DNA from: Candidatus Blackburnbacteria bacterium RIFCSPHIGHO2_01_FULL_43_15b | GTDB taxonomy: Bacteria; Patescibacteriota; Microgenomatia; UBA8517; UBA10165 | DNA: 24,000 nt | Direction: 5' to 3' | Assembly: GCA_001816385.1 (NCBI GenBank) | Contig: MHBW01000006.1 | Coordinates: 1 to 24,000 of the forward strand | Shown here: piece by piece, positions 8,164 to 15,032 of the stretch | How positions within the stretch are numbered: the stretch's first letter is position 1 | How the letters are laid out: each line of letters starts with the position of its first letter | The notes under the pieces: model-generated | The model's database searches: none | The model's input: the letters and a program-made list of their open reading frames with translations, nothing else | Told to the model about the DNA's origin: nothing | Program-made: the position numbers and the translations under genes

Positions 8164-8409
8164 ATGTCAAAGAAAAAAGCAGGCGGTAAAATTCGACAAC
8201 AAGCCAACGTTGCAGGTAAGCGTTTGGGGTTAAAAGTTTCCGGTGGAGAAAAAGTCCAAGCCGGAAATATTTTAATTCGTCAAAGAGGAACGGCGTATCA
8301 CGCCGGCCAAAACGTTCGAGTGGGCAGAGACCACACATTGTATGCCACAAGCAAAGGATCAGTTTCCTTTAAAGAGCGATCCGGGAAGTCAGTTATGGAT
8401 GTAGTCTAA
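8164..8409 (+). CDS. rpmA: 50S ribosomal protein L27
   Basis: MSKKKAGGK...GKRLGLKVSGGEKVQAGNILIRQRGTAYHAGQNVRVGRDHTLYA is the canonical L27 sequence. Confidence 0.95.
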   Translation: MSKKKAGGKIRQQANVAGKRLGLKVSGGEKVQAGNILIRQRGTAYHAGQNVRVGRDHTLYATSKGSVSFKERSGKSVMDVV

Positions 8410-8418
8410 AAATTAAAG

Positions 8419-9276
8419 ATGTCTTTTATAAATGCCCAAGTAGAAATGATTCCGGTTGACCAGCTTCAACCGAATCCCCTTCAACCTCGTGGCGTTATTA
8501 CGCCGGAGAGTTTAGTTGATCTTATCGATTCCATCAAAGAACACGGTGTTTTAGAGCCGCTCGTTGTTGCCAAAACACCCGCGGGATATCAAATAATTGC
8601 CGGTGAACGTCGTTGGCGGGCTTCAAAATACGCCGGTTTAACTCATGTTCCGTCGGTTATTAAAGAAACATCCCCCCGCGGCATGCTTGAATTGGCTATT
8701 ATTGAAAACGTTCAAAGAGTTGACTTAAATGCATTGGATCGTGCACGCGGTTTCCAGCGTTTGATGGATGAGTTTGGCTTGACTAATGCTGATGTTGCCC
8801 AAAGGATAGGTAAAAGTCCTGCTTATATTGCAAACTCTTTACGGCTTTTGAGACTTCCTGACGCATTAAAAGATGGTCTTTTATCAGGCTTAATAACCGA
8901 AGGACATGCTCGAGCGTTGGCTGCAATCGAAGATCACGCCTTAGTGGTTGAGGCATACAAAATCATTTTGCGCGAGTCGGGATCTGTACGGCGTGCAGAA
9001 GATTTAGCGCGAAGAATGAAAGTAAAATCTGGACAACCAAAGAAACTTACCTCTCCTATTCTGGCCCCAATAATTATAAGTGAAGAAGTTGACAGGATGG
9101 TGGTGGAATTTAAACAAAGACTAACGGATAGGCGACTTGAAGATAAGCCTACAAATGTTAAAATACTGCGCTCGCAAAGAGAGACAAAGCTGGTAATAGT
9201 TTTTAAAGGTGGTTTAGAAGAGACTGAGGAGCGTCTTCAAAAGCTTTATTCAAGCGTTTCCTCTGTGAATCTTTAA
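8419..9276 (+). CDS. parB: ParB/Spo0J chromosome partitioning protein
   Basis: ParB-box motifs: LQPNPLQPRG, GVLEPLVV, IIAGERRWRASKYAGL. An HTH segment follows (ADVAQRIGKSPAYIANSLRLLRLP). No adjacent parA in the window. Confidence 0.9.
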   Translation: MSFINAQVEMIPVDQLQPNPLQPRGVITPESLVDLIDSIKEHGVLEPLVVAKTPAGYQIIAGERRWRASKYAGLTHVPSVIKETSPRGMLELAIIENVQRVDLNALDRARGFQRLMDEFGLTNADVAQRIGKSPAYIANSLRLLRLPDALKDGLLSGLITEGHARALAAIEDHALVVEAYKIILRESGSVRRAEDLARRMKVKSGQPKKLTSPILAPIIISEEVDRMVVEFKQRLTDRRLEDKPTNVKILRSQRETKLVIVFKGGLEETEERLQKLYSSVSSVNL

Positions 9277-9815
9277 TGCACAACGCCTATTTTGTTGAGT
9301 GGCCAATAAGCAAACCAGGCTCGACCGACAATTTTTTCTCTTTTGACAGGTCCCCATCTTCTTGAATCGGACGAATTAGAGCGGTTATCCCCAAACACTA
9401 TGTATTCATTATCTCCAACTGTAATTTCTTTTCCCTCGGGCATAAAAGGTCCGGGAGAAGTAACAACACCTTGCGGGAGATAATCTTCTTTTAACGGTTC
9501 GCCATTAACATAAACTTTATTTTCACGAATGTCCACCTTATCTTTGGGTAAGCCAATAATTCTTTTAATATAGTCTTCGGTAGGTTCCGGGGGCGCTGCA
9601 AAAATTACGATATCTCCTCTGGCGGGTTGGCCGAATCTGTAGGACAACTTGTTGGTCAACAGGTATTCTTTGTCGTCAAAGTTGGGGTACATAGACTCGC
9701 CTCTGACTTGGTGGGGTTGGACTAGGAATAAGTAAACGATCAAAAAAATTGCAAATGCCAGAACGACTGTTTGCAATAGATCTAATATGAATGCTGCTGC
9801 TTTTGTTCCTGCCAC
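9273..9815 (-). CDS. lepB: Signal peptidase I
   Basis: An N-terminal TM helix, then RGESMYPNF (catalytic Ser box), DYIKRIIGLPKD (Lys box) and VFGDNRSNSSDSRRWG. GTG start. Its stop overlaps the parB stop in TTAA (9273-9276). Confidence 0.92.
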   Translation of the reverse strand: MAGTKAAAFILDLLQTVVLAFAIFLIVYLFLVQPHQVRGESMYPNFDDKEYLLTNKLSYRFGQPARGDIVIFAAPPEPTEDYIKRIIGLPKDKVDIRENKVYVNGEPLKEDYLPQGVVTSPGPFMPEGKEITVGDNEYIVFGDNRSNSSDSRRWGPVKREKIVGRAWFAYWPLNKIGVVH

Positions 9816-9894
9816 AAATGTAATTGTGGATTAAAGGAGGATAGGTGTCAACAGCTTATTGGACAAAAGAAAATTTTAGCTGTAACCTTTGTTT

Positions 9895-10848
9895 ATGCAC
9901 TTCCATCAAAAAGTTGCTCTTCTCGTTGCACTTGCCGCACCAACTTTGCTTGTAGCACTTATTGCTGGAAGTATTTTCATTCCTCAGCTCTTTGTAAGTC
10001 CAAAAACAGATTTTCTATATTTTATCGGGGATGATTATTCATGCTCCAATCAATATGTAGTTAAAAACAAAAGAGTAGTAAAAAGTGGAGCATCGACAAG
10101 CTCTTCTTCGGGAGTGGTTTACCAGCCGTGTGTTATTCGGGATTTAAATGACGGGAAAATCAAGGAAATCCATGCAGGATATCTTCCACAAAATAACCAT
10201 TGCCTCGACGAAAGACCTTTGACTCCAGACGATAAGGCGGTGTTAGAAGCGGAGAGAGGACGTTGGAGTTTAGAACCCGAACCATGTTATACACGCAATT
10301 CATATGCTGAATACGATAACATTGGTCGAATTGCCCGGTATCAGCTTGTGACAGGGGAGCACTGTATGACACCCACAGAGCTTTCAGGATATGAATGCTT
10401 TGTCAGCGGACCACAGAATGAGGTTAAGAAAGTTGAGTTATCTACATTGGATATTGGTTATTTCTGTCTGTCGAGCCAAAATTTAACTCCTGAGCAAATG
10501 ACTGAAGCTCGGGAAGCGTATAGCAAGGGCTTTGATCCTTTTAACGCCGATTCGTCTTGTAAGAAAGCGGACATATATATCCACAGCGTCAAAACAAACA
10601 AGAGTATTCAATTAAAACCGGAGCAAGCACAACAATATAATCTCAATGCTTCTCTAAAGTCTCCTGAAGGATATGAGGTAATCCAGGGTGCTTATGGTGG
10701 ATTCCCATTTAGGGGCTACCCTGATAATCACAAATATTATTTCTTGAAAGGAAAAAACATCGCTAAAAAACTGAACCTCGAATATTCTGAAAATAATGGC
10801 TACAAGCCGTACTATTTTAATTTCCTAGGTTGGGTAGAACAACAATGA
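9895..10848 (+). CDS. Hypothetical N-terminally anchored, Cys-rich extracytoplasmic protein
   Basis: ORF 9889..10848; I prefer the ATG at 9895. One N-terminal TM helix (VALLVALAAPTLLVALIAGSIFI), then ~290 aa with 8 cysteines. I recognise no family. Confidence 0.7.
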   Translation: MHFHQKVALLVALAAPTLLVALIAGSIFIPQLFVSPKTDFLYFIGDDYSCSNQYVVKNKRVVKSGASTSSSSGVVYQPCVIRDLNDGKIKEIHAGYLPQNNHCLDERPLTPDDKAVLEAERGRWSLEPEPCYTRNSYAEYDNIGRIARYQLVTGEHCMTPTELSGYECFVSGPQNEVKKVELSTLDIGYFCLSSQNLTPEQMTEAREAYSKGFDPFNADSSCKKADIYIHSVKTNKSIQLKPEQAQQYNLNASLKSPEGYEVIQGAYGGFPFRGYPDNHKYYFLKGKNIAKKLNLEYSENNGYKPYYFNFLGWVEQQ

Positions 10849-11846
10849 CTAAAGAAGATTTAATTTTGAAAATACAAGAAATGTCTTCCGCAGGAGAAAT
10901 CACCAAGGAAGAAATTGTTGAGGCATATGGTCATGGTCAGCTGGCAACTCCAAAAATACACGATACTGTTCCTGCAAAAAAGCTTACAATATCAGAGATT
11001 CTTTACTACATAGGAGGGGCAATAGTATTTGCAGGTATTGCAATTTTGGTGTTCCAAAATTGGGAAACACTTCCCTCGTTAAGCAAGGTACTTATAACCC
11101 TGGGATCGTCTGTTGTTGCTTATGTAGTGGGAGCATTACTTGCGCGTGATTTTAAGACTGATCCGATTGGCCACGCATTTCTTTTAATTGCAGCATTAAC
11201 AAGCCCAATAGGGCTTTTTGTAACATTTGATACGGCAGGGTTGGATCTTGCTAGCAGATATGTTCAAACTTTAATTCCTGCAATACTATTTGTAACTTTT
11301 CTTTTTTCATTTTTTGCCCTTAAGAAAAGTTTACTTCTCCTTTTTTTAATAATCTTTGGGACCTGGTTTTATTTCTCTCTTACCTCATTAATTTTTGCAA
11401 ATCAGGCAGTCTTTTCTGTCAAATTTTTTGAATACAGAAGTCTTGTTGTCGGAATAAGTTATATTCTATTAGGTTATACACTGGCCAATACACCCAGACA
11501 TTCCTTGTCGGGGTTTTTATATGGCTTTGGCGTCCTGGCTTTTCTTGGATCAATCTTTGCTTTGGGGGGTTGGTCGCCTAGTCAAAATATATTTTGGGAG
11601 CTTTTATTCCCGTTTGCGGTCTTTGGCGCAATCTTTGCCAGCATTTACCTTAAAAGTAAATCGTTTTTGGTTTTTGGGACAATTTATCTTATGGCGTATG
11701 TATTAAAAATTACGGTGGAGTATTTCTCGGAAGGCTTGGGGTGGCCAATTTCTTTAATGCTTGCCGGGCTTGGCCTTATTGGAATAGGTTATTTATCTTT
11801 TTATATCAATTCTAGGTACTTCAACAAAGCAACTGCATCTTACTGA
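10845..11846 (+). CDS. Hypothetical polytopic membrane protein with a soluble N-terminal segment
   Basis: ORF 10830..11846. The ATG at 10845 overlaps the upstream stop as ATGA, implying translational coupling. About 55 aa are soluble, followed by at least 8 hydrophobic helices. Confidence 0.75.
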   Translation: MTKEDLILKIQEMSSAGEITKEEIVEAYGHGQLATPKIHDTVPAKKLTISEILYYIGGAIVFAGIAILVFQNWETLPSLSKVLITLGSSVVAYVVGALLARDFKTDPIGHAFLLIAALTSPIGLFVTFDTAGLDLASRYVQTLIPAILFVTFLFSFFALKKSLLLLFLIIFGTWFYFSLTSLIFANQAVFSVKFFEYRSLVVGISYILLGYTLANTPRHSLSGFLYGFGVLAFLGSIFALGGWSPSQNIFWELLFPFAVFGAIFASIYLKSKSFLVFGTIYLMAYVLKITVEYFSEGLGWPISLMLAGLGLIGIGYLSFYINSRYFNKATASY

Positions 11847-11861
11847 ATAACTGCAGACTTG

Positions 11862-11934
11862 TGCACGCATCTGGACTTGAACCAGAGACCTCTGCAATGT
11901 GAATGCAGCGCTCTACCGGCTGAGCTATGCGTGC
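11862..11934 (-). tRNA. tRNA-Val (anticodon CAC)
   Basis: Manual cloverleaf on the minus strand: GCACGCA/TGCGTGC acceptor, GCTC/GAGC D-stem, CTGCA-TTCACAT-TGCAG anticodon arm, TCTGG-TTCAAGT-CCAGA T-arm, discriminator A. No encoded CCA. Confidence 0.9.
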
Positions 11935-12000
11935 CTGTCACGCTCTCAAACGAACTGTTTGATATGCGTGCTTGTCTTTGTGTATGATAGCATATCAGGT

Positions 12001-12009
12001 TGGTATACT
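12001..12009 (+). promoter_or_regulatory. Extended -10 box (TGgTATACT) for the GT2 gene, near-leaderless
   Basis: TGGTATACT at 12001-12009, then 8 nt, then ATG at 12018. No SD. Confidence 0.4.
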
Positions 12010-12017
12010 TGTAGAAG

Positions 12018-12788
12018 ATGATCTCTGTTGTAGTTTTAACCAAAAACGAAGAGAAAAATATTGAAGAATGCTTAAAAACTTTACAGTGGTGTGATGAGAT
12101 AGTAGTGGTTGATGATTTTTCCACAGATAAGACTGTAAGTTTGGCCAAAAGGCTTGGCGCAAAAATATTCGAAAGAAATTTAGAAGATGATTTTTCTCAA
12201 CAGAGAAATTTTGGTTTGGGAAAAGCGACAGGGGAGTGGGTTTTGTTTATTGATGCAGATGAAAGGGTTTCTCAGAACCTTGCAAGCGAGATAAGGGAAC
12301 AGGTGGCGAATCTGTCCCACCTTCCAGGTGGTCTAGGTACGCCACCTGGGGGGTATTATATAAGGCGGCATGATGTTATGTGGGGGAGGAAGTTAAAATA
12401 TGGTGAATGGGGAAGCCAGAATTTTTTAAGATTTGCCAGAAAAAATGCCGGGAAGTGGGCCAGACGCGTGCACGAGGTATGGGATGTGGAAGACAGCACT
12501 CAACTGCTTGAGTCTCCACTTCTCCATTATCCACATCAGACCATAGCGGCGTTTTTAAAAGATATCGATCGCTACTCGTCGCTTCACGCTCAAGCAAATT
12601 TGGAGGAAGGTAAGCATTCAAGCATTTTGAAATTTATCCTTTATCCAAAGTTAAAATTCTTGCAGAACTATATATTTAAATTGGGATTTTTAGATGGTGG
12701 GCAGGGATTTGTTGTCGCTATGTTGATGAGCTTCCATTCGTATTTAGCGTGGGGAAAGTTGTGGTTGTTACAACAAAGTAAGAAGTAA
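12018..12788 (+). CDS. Family 2 glycosyltransferase (small WaaE/KdtX-like type)
   Basis: ISVVVLTKNEEKNIEECLKTLQWCDEIVVVDDFSTDKT is a GT2 N-terminal Rossmann/DxD context, followed by FIDADERV. Confidence 0.9.
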   Translation: MISVVVLTKNEEKNIEECLKTLQWCDEIVVVDDFSTDKTVSLAKRLGAKIFERNLEDDFSQQRNFGLGKATGEWVLFIDADERVSQNLASEIREQVANLSHLPGGLGTPPGGYYIRRHDVMWGRKLKYGEWGSQNFLRFARKNAGKWARRVHEVWDVEDSTQLLESPLLHYPHQTIAAFLKDIDRYSSLHAQANLEEGKHSSILKFILYPKLKFLQNYIFKLGFLDGGQGFVVAMLMSFHSYLAWGKLWLLQQSKK

Positions 12789-12794
12789 CACAGT

Positions 12795-14018
12795 ATGCTT
12801 AATCTTCTGTTTTTATATCTGGCACTCTTCCCTTTTGGTCAGCTATTAAGTTTTCAGATCTTGCCTTCTGCTCGGATTCACGCAGTTGATATAGCAGCGT
12901 CACTTTTGGTATTTTTTTGGCTGCTGCGGGTTGTGAGAAACAGAAGAATACACCGTCCGCTTTTGGCGACTCCTATGCTTGCTTTTCTGGGAGTAGCTGT
13001 TTTTAGTTTGGTTTTAGGAAGCGTCGGGAAACCTCTTGCATCAGTTGTTGTAGGTGCCTCGTATTTAGCACGGCTGGGGCTTTATGCCCTTTTCTATTTT
13101 GCCGTAGCAGATTTTGTTAAAGCAACCATTTACAACAGCCTTATTGTATGCGGAACATTCTTTGCAATTCTGGGACTTTTGGGCTACATGGCTTATCCAG
13201 ACGCACGAGCCTTATCCGAATTTGGTTGGGACAACCATTATTACCGTCTAGTTGGGCCATTATTGGACCCGGCTTTTACTGGAATTATACTGGTGCTTTT
13301 TTTAATTCTGGTGACACTAAGGAAGTGGGTTGGCCGAAAAGAACAAATACTTGGACTGTTTTTGTTTGTGCTTGGGTGGATTGCCCTTTCTTTGACTTAT
13401 TCGCGTGCAAGCTATGCCGGGGCTTTAGCCTTTTTTGCCGCCGCTTTTATTGCGAAGAAAAATGTGGGATTTATTGTGGGAGGCGTATTGCTTTTTGTTG
13501 CCACTTTTTATTTGTTGCCGCATCCAAAAGCAAGCGCCGGAACCAATTTAGCAAGAACCCAAACTATTTCTTCACGGGTTAATAATTATGAAGAAGCGCT
13601 GCAGGTGGGTTTGAAAAATCCTGCCTTCGGCGTAGGGTATAATTTATACTCTTTAGCCTCGCCAGGTCGGACCTTGCAAGGCTCCGACAGTAAAATCACG
13701 CATACCGGTTCGGGGGTACATTCTAGTTTTCTTTTTGTGTTTGCAACAACAGGGATTGTCGGACTACTCGTTTATTCGTACTCGTGGTTTAAAATACTTG
13801 TCTTGGGGTGGAACAGACGAAAAACTATTACTGGCCTTGCCCTTTTTTGTTCAACTTCGGCATTGCTTGTGGAGTCAGTTTTTGACAACTCGCTCTTTTA
13901 CCCTTGGGTAATGGGATGGATGGGTATTTTGTTGGCAATGCAAAAAAAACGAACGGTGGATTGTGTACCTGCAACGAACGAGCCGATCTGTCATTCCCGC
14001 GAAGGCGGGAAACTATAG
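12795..14018 (+). CDS. O-antigen ligase/polymerase-like (Wzy_C-type) polytopic membrane protein
   Basis: About 10 TM helices. There is a central SLTYSRASYAGALAFF segment and a periplasmic-loop region (NNYEEALQVGLKNPAFGVGYN) typical of the O-antigen ligase family. The last ~10 codons (ICHSREGGKL) are supplied by a hairpin repeat element. Confidence 0.8.
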   Translation: MLNLLFLYLALFPFGQLLSFQILPSARIHAVDIAASLLVFFWLLRVVRNRRIHRPLLATPMLAFLGVAVFSLVLGSVGKPLASVVVGASYLARLGLYALFYFAVADFVKATIYNSLIVCGTFFAILGLLGYMAYPDARALSEFGWDNHYYRLVGPLLDPAFTGIILVLFLILVTLRKWVGRKEQILGLFLFVLGWIALSLTYSRASYAGALAFFAAAFIAKKNVGFIVGGVLLFVATFYLLPHPKASAGTNLARTQTISSRVNNYEEALQVGLKNPAFGVGYNLYSLASPGRTLQGSDSKITHTGSGVHSSFLFVFATTGIVGLLVYSYSWFKILVLGWNRRKTITGLALFCSTSALLVESVFDNSLFYPWVMGWMGILLAMQKKRTVDCVPATNEPICHSREGGKL

Positions 14019-14065
14019 AGATATTATAGATGTTGTATAGATTCCGTGTTTGACACGGAATGACA
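13990..14065. repeat. Composite palindromic repeat (GTCATTCC...GGAATGACA) between convergent genes
   Basis: gtcattcccgcgaaggcgggaaactatag ... tatagattccgtgtttgacacggaatgaca. There are two internal hairpins, ttcccgc/gcgggaa and attccgtg/cacggaat. The termini GTCATTCC and GGAATGAC are mutually complementary. Confidence 0.8.
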
Positions 14066-14088
14066 TAAAGGTAGGTTTTAAATTACTC

Positions 14089-14796
14089 TTATGGCACAAA
14101 AGTGACTGTTATACTTTTCTCCGCTTGATTGCCTGCTTGGTCAACTGAGGTTAAGGTTATAGAATTTGAGCCTTCATTTAGAGTGTATTTAATGGCAAAC
14201 GATCCATCATTCTGGACAATGCCAACCCGATCGCCAATCGAAATACTTGCTCCAGGTTCCGTTTTTCCTGTAATCGTCAGATTTTTTTCATATACCTGGT
14301 CATTATCTTTTGGGGATTCGATTTCGATTTGGGGAAGGTCTGGATCATAAATAATCCGTCCAGCAGGAGAGTGGTCCCCCTCATTGCCGCTTGGATCTAT
14401 AGCTGTTGCATAAATATAATTTTCCCCCTTACTTAAAGTGACGCGAGTTGAGAATTGAGAATTATCGTCAGTTTTTGTTTGAGTTACCACAGCATCATTA
14501 CCGTAAATTTTTACATTACTTTCAGTTTCAGCAAAACCACTAATATCTAACTGGTCAACCTTAGTGTATTTTGGCAGAGAGTCCCAATTATTCATTCTGG
14601 GAGGGCCGGGAGGGGTTTTGTCATTTGAAGCAGTCTGAGGCGTATCGCGCATGCTTCCAACGAATATCGCAAGTTTAGCAGCGCTTCCTACGCCAACAAA
14701 GATTAAAAACAGGAAAAGTGCAATTGAGGAGATTATTAGCAAAAAAGCTCGCCTGGCTTTTCTTTTTTCGTCAATTTGTGATCGCCTTGATATCAT
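14089..14796 (-). CDS. N-terminally anchored surface protein with two bacterial Ig-like domains
   Basis: ORF 14089..14802 has a TTG start; the ATG at 14796 is more likely. A basic N-terminus and TM helix (AFLLIISSIALFLFLIFVGVG) are followed by two beta-rich modules (ISGFAETESNVKIYGND...ATAIDPSGNEG and LTITGKTEPGASISIG...LTSVDQAGNQAEKSITVTF). Confidence 0.8.
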   Translation of the reverse strand: MISRRSQIDEKRKARRAFLLIISSIALFLFLIFVGVGSAAKLAIFVGSMRDTPQTASNDKTPPGPPRMNNWDSLPKYTKVDQLDISGFAETESNVKIYGNDAVVTQTKTDDNSQFSTRVTLSKGENYIYATAIDPSGNEGDHSPAGRIIYDPDLPQIEIESPKDNDQVYEKNLTITGKTEPGASISIGDRVGIVQNDGSFAIKYTLNEGSNSITLTSVDQAGNQAEKSITVTFVP

Positions 14797-14838
14797 ACTC
14801 AATTTTTGTAGAGCTTATCCCGAACCTGCCCTCAACTG

Positions 14839-14867
14839 CCATTCCGTGCTTGACACGGAATCTATAG
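14839..14867. repeat. Solo hairpin repeat unit of the same family
   Basis: ccattccgtgcttgacacggaatctatag. The 8-bp stem attccgtg/cacggaat is near-identical to the units at 14041-14060 and 18955-18975. Confidence 0.8.
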
Positions 14868-14900
14868 CGTATTCGCTTCTGAACAAAGTAAATATTTACA

Positions 14901-14928
14901 TAGATGCTGAATCGAGTTCAGCATGACA
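14901..14928. repeat. Hairpin repeat variant (same architecture, different stem) just downstream of tRNA-Thr
   Basis: tagATGCTGAAtcgagTTCAGCATgaca has the ATAG + 8-bp stem + 5-nt loop + stem + GACA layout of 14036-14065. It may act as a terminator for the minus-strand tRNA/GT-C transcript. Confidence 0.6.
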
Positions 14929-14940
14929 AAGAGCATTGGG

Positions 14941-15012
14941 AGCCGAGGGGGAGATTTGAACTCCCGACCTACTGTTTACGATACAGCCGCTCTACCACTG
15001 AGCTACCTCGGC
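14941..15012 (-). tRNA. tRNA-Thr (anticodon CGU)
   Basis: Manual cloverleaf on the minus strand: GCCGAGG/CCTCGGC acceptor, GCTC/GAGC D-stem, GCTGT-ATCGTAA-ACAGT anticodon arm, GGGAG-TTCAAAT-CTCCC T-arm, discriminator U. No exact encoded CCA. Confidence 0.9.
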
Positions 15013-15032
15013 GTAGAAGTATTTTACCACGA

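Noticed and set aside
9845-9949. A 34-codon GTG ORF preceded by a strong AAAGGAGG (9833-9840)
   Set aside because: The SD-to-start spacing is only 4 nt. The ORF overlaps, out of frame, the N-terminal TM helix of the well-formed 9895 gene. The peptide is Cys/Leu-rich with no recognisable features. The purine tract may be incidental.
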